From: Methylomicrobium sp.
GTDB lineage: Bacteria > Pseudomonadota > Gammaproteobacteria > Methylococcales > Methylomonadaceae
Reading direction: 5' to 3'
Length of the DNA: 64,000 bases
Assembly: GCA_051061095.1 (NCBI GenBank)
Contig: JBPFEE010000031.1
Span: forward strand, 50,501-114,500
Below are positions 10,927 through 21,270 of this stretch, piece by piece (positions within the stretch are counted from its first letter, which is position 1; each line of letters opens with the position of its first letter). The notes under the pieces are model-generated. The model ran no database searches. It was given only the letters and a program-made list of their open reading frames with translations, and had not been told where the DNA came from. Position numbers and translations under genes: made by a program.

Positions 10927-12114
10927 TCAGCGAATCTTTAACGCGGCCAATGTGCCGTCTTTGGCATAAACAAATACGGTGTTATCCGCGATCACCGGTT
11001 TAGCGTCGATCGGGCCGTCGGTAATTTGTACCCGCCCCAATTGTCTGCCGTCGCTGTCGGACAACAAATGCACATAACCTTCCAGATCGCCAACAAGGAC
11101 ATAGTTGTCAAACGCGGCCGGCGCAGTCAGCTTCCTGTACTGCAGCTCCTTCTGTTTCCACAGCGAGGCGCCGGAACGATCATCCAGTTGCAGCACATTG
11201 CTATTGGAATCGGTCAGATATAAATGACGGTTCGCGATGCTCATGCCCGCATTCGAAGAAAGCTGTTCGTTGCGCCAGAGCAGATAACCGTCGAACTCGG
11301 AGACAGCGCCGACGCCGCCCTGATAACTCGCGATATAGATGACGCCGCCCTCGGCGACTGGATCCACATCGAGATCGACCAGCCGTTCGATTTCGGAACG
11401 GCCTTTCGCCATCACAATACTGGCTTCCCAGGCAAATTTGCCGTCCGCCAACGCCAAAGCGATCAGTTTGCCGTTGTCTTCGCCGAAAATGACATTATCC
11501 TCGACAACGATCGGCGCTCCGGTACCCCGGACGCTTAATGTCGGAACGCTGCGTTCATAATTCCAGACCTTCGCCCCGGTTTTTTCGTTCAGCGCGGTGA
11601 TCGAACCGTCCGTGCAGCGCACGATCACGATGCCTTGTGCAACGGCCGGGATAGATAATACCTCGCCCGGAACGGAAGCCGTCCACAATTTTTCGCCGTT
11701 TTCCAGCCGCAATGCAACGACTTCGGCATCGGACGTGCCCAATATGACGGTGCTGTCACCGACTCTCGGTCCGCCCGAAAAATGATAGTCGGTCTCGGCT
11801 TCCCAGACCAGATCGCCATCGGCCAGACGATGGGCCTCGACAAGCCCCTCTATGTCCGCGGCAACGACTTTTCCGCCACCCACGGATGGAACGAGCTTCA
11901 GCGATTTTTCGTCGGCGCCGACACCGACCGACTCCTTCCAGAGTATCTCTACTTCTCTTTCCGGGGTAAACTCGACCAAAGGCGTTGGCGGTTCGGTATT
12001 ATCTTCGCCGCCCAGAAAGTAATCCTTGATCCCTTCCAACGCCTCACCGGCGCCCTCCATGGAGGCGCACCCGCTCAGGCTGACTGCGATCAACAATACC
12101 CAGAAAAAACGCAT
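10927..12114 (-). CDS. bamB: Outer membrane assembly lipoprotein BamB
   Basis: Lipobox LSGC, PQQ-like propeller repeats, GRSEIERLVDLD motif; yfgM-bamB-der synteny. Confidence 0.95.
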   Translation of the reverse strand: MRFFWVLLIAVSLSGCASMEGAGEALEGIKDYFLGGEDNTEPPTPLVEFTPEREVEILWKESVGVGADEKSLKLVPSVGGGKVVAADIEGLVEAHRLADGDLVWEAETDYHFSGGPRVGDSTVILGTSDAEVVALRLENGEKLWTASVPGEVLSIPAVAQGIVIVRCTDGSITALNEKTGAKVWNYERSVPTLSVRGTGAPIVVEDNVIFGEDNGKLIALALADGKFAWEASIVMAKGRSEIERLVDLDVDPVAEGGVIYIASYQGGVGAVSEFDGYLLWRNEQLSSNAGMSIANRHLYLTDSNSNVLQLDDRSGASLWKQKELQYRKLTAPAAFDNYVLVGDLEGYVHLLSDSDGRQLGRVQITDGPIDAKPVIADNTVFVYAKDGTLAALKIR

Positions 12115-12779
12115 TATTTCGAATCTTTTATCGGCTGCGCGACAGGAACTGGTTCCGCCGCGGTCAGATCGTCGATCTTGATCTTGAGCAACGGCGACTG
12201 AGCACCGCTGTTCAATGCATTCTGATAAGCGGTTCGCGCTTCATCGAGGCGGTCCATTGCGACATACAAGTCGCCGGCCAATTCGTCATAGCTGGCCGCA
12301 AAACCGGCTTTAATCGCGGGATCGACTTCATTGATCAATTGCAAGCCCGCTTCGTATTCCCCGCTTGCCAGCAAGAGCCGGACCAGACGAATACGAGCGA
12401 TATGGCTCAGTTCCTTATTCGGATGCGCCACGACCTCTTGCAAAATGGCTTTCGCCCCTGCCAGATCGCCTTTCTGAACCTTCAGTTTGGCTTGCTGAAG
12501 GCCGTCATAAGCGGCATAGATACTGTCGCCGTATTCGTCATGCAGACGTTTGCTCAATGGGTCGATCGTTCCTTGATTATTGGCTTCGATCGACTTGACC
12601 AGCTGACTGTAAGCCGCGGAGGCCTGTCCTCCTTTTTCCTGTTTGTATAAGCGCCAATAATTCCAGCCGGTAATCAACGCAATGCCGACGGCCACGCCGA
12701 TGATCGTCGAGGTGCCGTTTTCTTTCCACCAGGCCTTCAGGGCCTCGAGCTGTTCTTCTTCTGAATCGTAGATTGCCAC
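12114..12779 (-). CDS. yfgM: YfgM ancillary SecYEG subunit (TPR-like)
   Basis: EEEQLEALKAWWKENG N-terminus, single TM; between hisS and bamB. Confidence 0.93.
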   Translation of the reverse strand: MAIYDSEEEQLEALKAWWKENGTSTIIGVAVGIALITGWNYWRLYKQEKGGQASAAYSQLVKSIEANNQGTIDPLSKRLHDEYGDSIYAAYDGLQQAKLKVQKGDLAGAKAILQEVVAHPNKELSHIARIRLVRLLLASGEYEAGLQLINEVDPAIKAGFAASYDELAGDLYVAMDRLDEARTAYQNALNSGAQSPLLKIKIDDLTAAEPVPVAQPIKDSK

Positions 12780-12814
12780 AATGTTTCCCGCTCTAAATTT
12801 TCAATATCAATAAT

Positions 12815-14107
12815 TTAAATCTTGCCGAAGCGTTGCCGGAAATATTCCACCGCCTGTTGCTCGCTCAGGCTCGTTTGCGCTGATTCGGACTCATTTTCGA
12901 GCCGCAAAGGCTTGATGGCAATTTCGCCGCGGCTGACTTCATCATCGCCGAGGATGATTGCAAATTCGGCGCCCGATTTATCGGCTTTCTTGAACTGGCT
13001 CTTGAAACTGCCGCCTCCGCAATGAACCTGAAGCTTCAATTGCGGCACTTCGCTGCGCAGCAATTCCGCAATCCGCATGCCGGCGCGTTCGGCCTGTTCC
13101 CCTACCCTGATCAGGTAAGCATCGGCGACCCGAGAAACCGGAACTTCCGCAAGCGATTCGACCAACGCCAGTACCCGTTCGATACCCATCGCAAAACCGA
13201 CCGCATGGCTGGCCTTGCCGCCCAATTGCTCGATCAGGCCGTCGTAGCGGCCGCCGGCGCAAACGGTACCTTGCGATCCCAGCTCGTCGGTCACCCATTC
13301 GAAGACGGTGTTGCAGTAATAGTCCAGTCCGCGCACCAGCCGCATGTTGATCTCGTAACCGACGCCCAGCTCATCGAGAATTTGCCTGAAGCCTTCGAAA
13401 TGCGCACGGCTGGCTTCGCCCAGATAATCCATCAGCACCGGCGCGCCGTTCACGACGTCCTTCATCGCCGGATTTTTGGTATCGAGAATTCTGAGCGGAT
13501 TGGTTTCCAGACGTCTCAAGCTATCCGCATCCAACTGGTCGATATGCGCCTTGAAATAACTGACCAGACTTTCCCGGTAAGCGCTTCTTTCGGTGATCGT
13601 ACCGAGCGAATTGATCTCCAACCGCACTTTGTCGCGAATGCCCAGCCGTTGCCACAAACGGTGCATGATAAGGATCAACTCGGCATCGATATCCGGTCCC
13701 GCCATGCCGTAGGTTTCGACGCCCAGCTGGAAAAACTGCCGGTAACGCCCCTTCTGCGGACGTTCATGCCGGTACATCGGTCCATAGTACCACAGGCGGT
13801 GCGCCTGATTCGCCAACAGGCCGTGCTCCAGGCAGGCGCGCAGACAGCCGGCGGTGCCTTCCGGACGCAGTGTCAGCGAATCGCCGTTACGATCGTCGAA
13901 GGTGTACATTTCTTTCTCGACAATATCCGTCACTTCGCCGATCGAGCGTTTGAAAAGTTCGGTTTTTTCGACGATGGGGGTACGGATTTCATTGTACCCG
14001 TACGCCCCCAGCACTTCCCTGATGACCTGTTCGGCATATTGCCAAAGCGGCGCCTGATCGGGAAGCACGTCATGCATGCCGCGAATTGCTTGTATATGAT
14101 TTGCCAT
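12815..14107 (-). CDS. hisS: Histidyl-tRNA synthetase
   Basis: [36 protein letters not shown] motifs. Confidence 0.98.
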   Translation of the reverse strand: MANHIQAIRGMHDVLPDQAPLWQYAEQVIREVLGAYGYNEIRTPIVEKTELFKRSIGEVTDIVEKEMYTFDDRNGDSLTLRPEGTAGCLRACLEHGLLANQAHRLWYYGPMYRHERPQKGRYRQFFQLGVETYGMAGPDIDAELILIMHRLWQRLGIRDKVRLEINSLGTITERSAYRESLVSYFKAHIDQLDADSLRRLETNPLRILDTKNPAMKDVVNGAPVLMDYLGEASRAHFEGFRQILDELGVGYEINMRLVRGLDYYCNTVFEWVTDELGSQGTVCAGGRYDGLIEQLGGKASHAVGFAMGIERVLALVESLAEVPVSRVADAYLIRVGEQAERAGMRIAELLRSEVPQLKLQVHCGGGSFKSQFKKADKSGAEFAIILGDDEVSRGEIAIKPLRLENESESAQTSLSEQQAVEYFRQRFGKI

Positions 14108-14121
14108 GAATTATGAGTCTG

Positions 14122-14898
14122 TTATTTGTGCGCAGACCGGATTTTTTTTGCTTCGCTGGAGCCTGGGAATTTTTCCAGTAATAAGGTGCGATATTCTTCC
14201 GCGGATGCCCGATTGCCCAGGGCCCGCTCGGTGTAATAGCCGATGAACAAAGTTTCCGGCGTATGCCCGGAAACGCTCAGGTAGCGCGCCAAAAAGGCTT
14301 TCGCCGGCCACAGATCGTTTTTTTGATAACTGATTTTTTGCATCGCAGCCAAAGCCGGGGCATACGAGTTGTTCAGATCCAGCGCCCTTCTGAAAAAAAC
14401 CTCCGCCTCCGCAGTATGATTCTGCGTCAACTCGCAGCGCCCGGCATTCGTCAACGCCAGCCATTGACGCTCGTTCATCGGATTGTCGCCCGCTTTGACC
14501 AACAACGCCAATCCTTTCTCAGGCTGTCCCTGTTCGCACCAAAACCGGCCGAGATTATTCTGCGTACCGAAATCGTCGGGCTTGATATTCAATGCGGTCT
14601 CGTATTCATCTTCCGCCTCGTCATATTGCCTCAACTTTTCGTAGAGAAAAGCCAGCGCATTATGCGCCTGCGCGTTACTTGAGTCCGCATCGATCGCGCG
14701 TTCCAGATTTTCCTTTGCTTCTTCCAGCTTGTTCAAGTCCATATAACGGACGCCAAGCTGGTAATAAGTCTCGGCTACTTGTTTGGCATCGCGGCCGGAA
14801 GACTCGCTTTTAAACCAGGAACAGGCGCTCAGAGTCAGTACCGAGCAGAAAAGTAAAATCCGGGACATAATTTGAGTTCTCTCAAGCCGCTCGCTCAT
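14122..14898 (-). CDS. pilW: Type IV pilus pilotin PilW/PilF (TPR lipoprotein)
   Basis: Lipobox LSAC, TPRs, position after rlmN; true start may be ATG 14868. Confidence 0.88.
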   Translation of the reverse strand: MSERLERTQIMSRILLFCSVLTLSACSWFKSESSGRDAKQVAETYYQLGVRYMDLNKLEEAKENLERAIDADSSNAQAHNALAFLYEKLRQYDEAEDEYETALNIKPDDFGTQNNLGRFWCEQGQPEKGLALLVKAGDNPMNERQWLALTNAGRCELTQNHTAEAEVFFRRALDLNNSYAPALAAMQKISYQKNDLWPAKAFLARYLSVSGHTPETLFIGYYTERALGNRASAEEYRTLLLEKFPGSSEAKKIRSAHK

Positions 14899-15994
14899 TT
14901 TCCGCCGCTTTCAATTTTAAATGCCTGCGGCTCTTGTCTTGCACCTTGCCGACCAATTGGCCGCAAGCTGCATCAATATCCTCGCCGCGCGTTTTTCTGA
15001 CCGTGGTCACGATCCCGGCCTCGTTCAACATCACTTTAAACTGATTGATCCGGTTATTGCTGGAGCAACGATACGGCGAATTCGGAAACGGGTTGAACGG
15101 AATCAGATTGAGTTTGGACGGCACCGTCGACAACAATTTAATCAGACCTTTCGCATCTTCCATAGAATCGTTGATGCCATCGAGCATCACATACTCAAAC
15201 GTAATCGTACGCCGGGGCGCAATCTTCGCATTTTCCCGGCAGGCTTCCATCAATTCTTTCAGCGGATATTTCTTGTTGATCGGCACCAGCTGATCGCGCA
15301 GTTCGTCCCGGACCGCATGCAAGGAAACCGCCAGACTTACGTCGCAGACCTCGGTCAGCCGGTACATCGCCGGCACCACGCCGGAGGTGCTGAGCGTAAC
15401 GCGGCGCTTGGACAGGCCGAACGCAAAATCGTCCATCATCAGGTTCATTGCTGCAACCACGTTGTCGAAATTCAGCAGCGGTTCGCCCATGCCCATCATC
15501 ACGACATTGGTGATTTTGCCTTCGGAGCCGAGCCGTTTTTGCGCTGCCAGCACCTGGCCGATGATTTCAGCCGTACTCAGATTGCGGTTGAAGCCTTGCT
15601 GGGCGGTCGAGCAAAACGAGCAGGCAAGCGCACAGCCGATTTGCGAAGACACGCACAGGGTGCCGCGGCTCTCTTCCGGAATGAATACCGTCTCGACCCG
15701 ATTGCCGCAGTGCGTCTCCAGCACCCATTTGCGGGTGCCGTCGGAGGCTTTTTGTTCGAGCACGATTTCAGGCGCCGCGATTCGGCAATGCGCCTGGAGC
15801 CAGGCGCGCAAAGGCTTGCTCAAGTTGGTCATCGCCTCGAAATCGTCGACGCCTTCCTGATAAATCCATTTCAGCAATTGGGTTGCACGAAACGGTTTTT
15901 CGCCATGTTCGACAAAAAAGGCCGCGAGACCTTTCCTGTCGAAATCGAGCAAATTGATCAACGCCGAATTAACGGGTGCGGGCGCAGAGTTCAT
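14882..15994 (-). CDS. rlmN: 23S rRNA/tRNA m2A methyltransferase RlmN
   Basis: Radical [25 protein letters not shown]; start placed at in-frame ATG 15994 rather than 16066, overlapping the ndk 3' end by 26 nt. Confidence 0.96.
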   Translation of the reverse strand: MNSAPAPVNSALINLLDFDRKGLAAFFVEHGEKPFRATQLLKWIYQEGVDDFEAMTNLSKPLRAWLQAHCRIAAPEIVLEQKASDGTRKWVLETHCGNRVETVFIPEESRGTLCVSSQIGCALACSFCSTAQQGFNRNLSTAEIIGQVLAAQKRLGSEGKITNVVMMGMGEPLLNFDNVVAAMNLMMDDFAFGLSKRRVTLSTSGVVPAMYRLTEVCDVSLAVSLHAVRDELRDQLVPINKKYPLKELMEACRENAKIAPRRTITFEYVMLDGINDSMEDAKGLIKLLSTVPSKLNLIPFNPFPNSPYRCSSNNRINQFKVMLNEAGIVTTVRKTRGEDIDAACGQLVGKVQDKSRRHLKLKAAENERAA

Positions 15995-16400
15995 TGTCCG
16001 AGAAAAAGAAAGCGATTTCTTCTTTGGCCGTGTCCGGACCGTCGGAACCGTGCACCGCGTTTTCATCGATGCTGTTCGCGAAATCGGCGCGGATGGTGCC
16101 GGAAGCGGCGTCTTTCGGGTTGGTGGCGCCCATGATATCGCGATGTTTCGCGATCGCGTCTTCGCCTTCCAGCACCTGCATGATCACGGGACCGGAAATC
16201 ATGAAAGACACCAGATCCTTGAAGAAAGGACGCTCTTTGTGCACCGCATAAAAACCTTCGGCCTGCGCCTGGGTCAGGTGAAGCATTTTCGCCGCGACGA
16301 TTTTCAGCCCATTCTTTTCGAAACGGCTGTAGATTTCGCCGATCACGTTTTTGGCTACCGCATCAGGTTTGATGATGGAAAAAGTGCGTTCTATCGCCAT
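15969..16400 (-). CDS. ndk: Nucleoside diphosphate kinase
   Basis: [12 protein letters not shown] and NAVHGSD catalytic His motif. Confidence 0.98.
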   Translation of the reverse strand: MAIERTFSIIKPDAVAKNVIGEIYSRFEKNGLKIVAAKMLHLTQAQAEGFYAVHKERPFFKDLVSFMISGPVIMQVLEGEDAIAKHRDIMGATNPKDAASGTIRADFANSIDENAVHGSDGPDTAKEEIAFFFSDNELCARTR

Positions 16401-16472
16401 TGTTTTTACAACTCCAAGTAAATAAATAAATTAATCGCCTATTATACCTGAACAGAGCCTTATATCGAAAAT

Positions 16473-16691
16473 GTAGGTACGCTCGACTCAAGGATGCAGG
16501 AGGTACGACCCCATGGACAGGGGAGGTAGAACGCGTCGGGAACACGCGATCGAGAGCAATGCCACCACAAGGGTGGTCCAAGGACAGAGCAATTGCCGAC
16601 GACTGCAAGGATGCAGGAGCAATTGCCGAGTGCGTACCGTGTTCGGGCATTTTGCGAGCGACAGGAAAAAGGTACGCGCAGCGTACCCTAC
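16473..16691. repeat. GTAG-type REP doublet whose left REP is interrupted by an insertion
   Basis: gtaggtacgct (16473-16483) plus gtgcgtacc (16630-16638) rebuild the REP seen intact at 10847; partner ggtacgcgcagcgtaccctac at 16671-16691. Confidence 0.85.
16484..16629 (+). mobile_element. Nested composite of small CGAC...CGA two-hairpin units (copy 1)
   Basis: Colinear with 40282-40447; splits a REP precisely. Mobility is inferred from two different host sites. Confidence 0.75.
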
Positions 16692-16717
16692 GGCCTTGTA
16701 ACAGATCGACCGTATTG

Positions 16718-17653
16718 TTAAGGCAAATTGTCGATTTCGGCGGTGTCTTTTTTTACTGCGATCAGATCTTGTCTGGATACGCCCAGCCACAACAAGATAG
16801 GGCTGGCGACCAGAACGGACGAGTAAATGCCGAACACGATGCCGATAGTCAACGCCAGCGCAAAATTATGCAGCGCTTCGCCGCCGAAGAAAAACATCGC
16901 CAACACCATCAACTGTGTCATTAAGTGCGTAATCACCGTACGCGACATCGTTACCGTGATAGCGTTATCGATCATATCGGGAACGCTTGTATTGCGCATA
17001 TTGTGGAAATTTTCCCTTATCCGGTCGAATACCACGACCGATTCGTTGACCGAATAGCCCAATATCGCCAATACGCCGGCCAATACAGGCAACGTAAATT
17101 CCCACTGGAAAAACGCGAACATGCCGAGAATAATCACGATGTCGTGCATGTTGGCCACGATCGCCGCCAACGCGAAACGCCACTCGAAGCGGATGGCCAA
17201 ATAACCCATGATCCCCGCCACGACCAACATCAGCGCCAATCCACCGCTTTCGAACAATTCCTGACCGACTTGTGGTCCGACAAACTCGACGCTGCGTAAA
17301 ACGACACCGGGATCTTGTTCTTTCAATTTTGCCAACACCATCTCGCTCAACCTGACGTTGTTGGTTTCAGACTTCATGGGCAGACGGATCAGTACGTTTT
17401 TCACGCTCCCGATATTCTGCACCGAAAATTCGGTGAGCTTCTGGTCTTCCAGAATTTTTCGAACAGTTTCGAGGTTAGCCGGCTGATCGTAACGGACTTC
17501 GATTTGGATGCCGCCGGTAAAGTCCAATCCCAAATTAAGCCCTTTAAAGCCTAATGCGAATATCGCTAAAATAAAGGTCACCAGCGAAATGGTCGTAGTG
17601 ACACGACCATAGCGCATAAACGGGATATCGCGTTTAATTTTAAAAAATTCCAT
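16718..17653 (-). CDS. secF: Protein translocase subunit SecF
   Basis: GLDFTGG, VGPQVGQEL, VVFDRIRENF motifs. Confidence 0.97.
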   Translation of the reverse strand: MEFFKIKRDIPFMRYGRVTTTISLVTFILAIFALGFKGLNLGLDFTGGIQIEVRYDQPANLETVRKILEDQKLTEFSVQNIGSVKNVLIRLPMKSETNNVRLSEMVLAKLKEQDPGVVLRSVEFVGPQVGQELFESGGLALMLVVAGIMGYLAIRFEWRFALAAIVANMHDIVIILGMFAFFQWEFTLPVLAGVLAILGYSVNESVVVFDRIRENFHNMRNTSVPDMIDNAITVTMSRTVITHLMTQLMVLAMFFFGGEALHNFALALTIGIVFGIYSSVLVASPILLWLGVSRQDLIAVKKDTAEIDNLP

Positions 17654-17667
17654 TGAGTCCTCAGATA

Positions 17668-19518
17668 TTAGATAGCCAATTTATCCAATTTATGTCGCCG
17701 ACCGTAAACGCCATTGACCAACGCTCTTGATACCAGAACCGCGCTGAACATGGAGGTTAAAATGCCAATGCAGAGCACCAGCGCAAAACCGCGAATGGGG
17801 CCCGAGCCCAACATGAACAACGCGATGCCGGCAATCAAGGTGGTAATATTGGAGTCTAAAATGGTCGCAAACGCCCGTTCATAACCGGCATAAATGGCGG
17901 CATTTGGAGTCATACCGATTCTAAGCTCCTCGCGAATTCGCTCGTTGATCAACACATTGGCATCAATCGCCATGCCGACCGTCAGCGCAATACCCGCCAT
18001 GCCCGGCAACGTTAACGTGGCCTGCAGCAACGACAGCACCGCCACCAGCAGCAACACGTTCACACCCAAGGCAACGACCGAAAAAACACCGAACAGCCGG
18101 TAATAGACAATCATGAACAGTGCAATCGCTATGAAGCCATAGACATTGGAATTGATACCCTTGGCGATGTTTTCTTGACCCAGACTAGGACCGACCGTGC
18201 GCTCTTCGACGATGTCGACCGGCGCGACCAAGGAACCTGCTCTGAGCAGCAATGCCAGATTGCGCGCCTCGCCCGGACCGTCGAGGCCGGTGGTCTGGAA
18301 GCGCTTGCTGAATACGCCCTGGATGGTCGCGACGCTGATCACTTTTTCGACTTTTTGCTTGGTACGGACTTTCTGGCCGTCGACGACCTTAGTGTCGACC
18401 TTATACTCGATGAACACGACCGCCATCGGCTTGCCGACGTTGTCCTGGGTGACCTTGCCCATCTTCGAAGCACCGGCCCCGTTCAAGGTGATGAACACCG
18501 CAGGACGGCCGTCCTGATCCATCCCGGAAGAGGCATCGACAATCTGATCGCCGGTCACAATGATGCGACGGTCGAGCAGAATCGGATTGCCGCTTTTCTC
18601 GTAATACAGGCGGCTACCGGCCGGCACATGGCCTTCAACCGCATTTTGTACGTCATGATCGGTATCGACCAGGCGGTATTCCAGCGTAGCGGTCGTGCCG
18701 AGAATTTCTTTCGCACGGGCGGTATCCTGGACGCCGGGCAACTGCACGACGATTCGGTTGTCGCCCTGCTGCTGGATCACCGGTTCGGCCACGCCCAGTT
18801 CGTTGACCCGGTTGCGCAAGGTTGTGATGTTCTGACCGACTGCGTTCTTTTTGATTTCGCGGACTTCCTTCTCCGACATGGCGAGCAAAATTTCATCCTG
18901 TGCCGGCGTATCCTGGATATTCAGCCCCGGAAAATCGCGCGCCAGCAACCCGACCGCCGCAGCACGATCGTCCACCGAGTTCAATTTGACCTTGATTTGG
19001 GAGCCTTCCTTGCTGACCGACTGGTAGCGGATCTTCGCCGTTCTGAGCGCCTGACGCACATCGTCGTTATAACGATCTTCGGCCTGCTTGACTGCGGCAT
19101 CCATATCGACTTCCATCAGAAAGTGCACGCCCCCGCGCAGGTCGAGGCCGAGGTACATCGCCTTTGCGCCCAGTGCGTCGAGCCAGGCCGGTGTCGCAGG
19201 CGCCAGATTCAGCGCGACTGAGTAACTGTCGCCCAACTGATCCCGCAGCAAGTCCGCAACTTTGATCTGATCGTCAGTATTATTGAATCGCGCCAATACC
19301 CGATCATTTTTATATTCGAACGCCTTGACCGCTACCCCTGCCGCCTTGATCGCGGCCTCGACCTTGTTGGCATGCTCCAGGTCCAGCGTCGCCGAATGCA
19401 AAGGTGACACTTGAACGGATGGATCATCGCCGTACAGATTCGGCAGCGCATAAATCATCGAAACGATGAAAATGGCCAGGATTAAGATATTTTTCCAGAG
19501 CGGGAATTGGTTTTGCAT
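17668..19518 (-). CDS. secD: Protein translocase subunit SecD
   Basis: LGLDLRGG, RVNELGVAEP, GMAIDANVLINERIREE motifs. Confidence 0.98.
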   Translation of the reverse strand: MQNQFPLWKNILILAIFIVSMIYALPNLYGDDPSVQVSPLHSATLDLEHANKVEAAIKAAGVAVKAFEYKNDRVLARFNNTDDQIKVADLLRDQLGDSYSVALNLAPATPAWLDALGAKAMYLGLDLRGGVHFLMEVDMDAAVKQAEDRYNDDVRQALRTAKIRYQSVSKEGSQIKVKLNSVDDRAAAVGLLARDFPGLNIQDTPAQDEILLAMSEKEVREIKKNAVGQNITTLRNRVNELGVAEPVIQQQGDNRIVVQLPGVQDTARAKEILGTTATLEYRLVDTDHDVQNAVEGHVPAGSRLYYEKSGNPILLDRRIIVTGDQIVDASSGMDQDGRPAVFITLNGAGASKMGKVTQDNVGKPMAVVFIEYKVDTKVVDGQKVRTKQKVEKVISVATIQGVFSKRFQTTGLDGPGEARNLALLLRAGSLVAPVDIVEERTVGPSLGQENIAKGINSNVYGFIAIALFMIVYYRLFGVFSVVALGVNVLLLVAVLSLLQATLTLPGMAGIALTVGMAIDANVLINERIREELRIGMTPNAAIYAGYERAFATILDSNITTLIAGIALFMLGSGPIRGFALVLCIGILTSMFSAVLVSRALVNGVYGRRHKLDKLAI

Positions 19519-19589
19519 GCTACATCATTCCAGTTATTGAATCGTCTCTCGCTACCTGAGAGAACCCGACGCGTCAGGACACGCCCAAA

Positions 19590-19949
19590 TCAGACCTTAG
19601 TGGTGGAAATTTTTTTGGTAACAGCCTTATAGGTGCCTTTCGGCATGATGCTTTCGATGCTTTGCCGTTGCACCTGGAGGAACGTATTCTCGGAAACTTC
19701 GATTTTTACGAAGTTCTCGTCCAGATCAACCACCTTGCCTAAAATGCCGCCGGAGGTCACCACTTCGGCGCCTTTCTGCATTTTGCCGAGCATTTCTTTC
19801 TTTTCTTTGGCGCGCTTCGATTGCGGGCGCAGAAACATGAAGTAGAAAAACACCAGGATGGCCAGTGGAAACAACATGCCCTCAATACCGGGCGCTTGCT
19901 GCGCGGCCGGCGCGGCGGCGGCCATCGCGTCGGAAATAAAGAAACTCAT
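19590..19949 (-). CDS. yajC: Preprotein translocase subunit YajC
   Basis: FYFMFLRPQSKR and GAEVVTSGGILG; tgt-yajC-secD-secF synteny. Confidence 0.96.
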   Translation of the reverse strand: MSFFISDAMAAAAPAAQQAPGIEGMLFPLAILVFFYFMFLRPQSKRAKEKKEMLGKMQKGAEVVTSGGILGKVVDLDENFVKIEVSENTFLQVQRQSIESIMPKGTYKAVTKKISTTKV

Positions 19950-19992
19950 GATTTGCCTCGAAAAATTATTATATTAATGATAAATCGCCGTA

Positions 19993-21180
<1,188 letters not shown>

Positions 21181-21270
21181 TTAATTCTTAAAGCGGATGA
21201 GTAAATTTAGTAAGACTTGCCGAAAGCATGGGGCAGCCGCCGAGTAATCGACGTTTTCAGGGCGATGGGA

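Noticed and set aside
16484-16629. Possible CRISPR mini-array (recurring caaggatgcaggag and gagcaattgccga)
   Set aside because: No regular repeat-spacer period, the intervening sequences are shared between the two loci, and no cas genes are present.
16363-16790. Short ORFs over the nested element (16363-16650, 16488-16790, 16513-16701) and their look-alikes at 40179-40440
   Set aside because: They are translations of the repeat (shared SMGSYLLHP-type peptides), not supported genes.
19545-19586. Hairpin plus cgacgcgtcaggacacgc between yajC and secD, faintly like the second stem of unit B
   Set aside because: Lacks the first hairpin, GGAGGTAG and the terminal CGA; too short to call.
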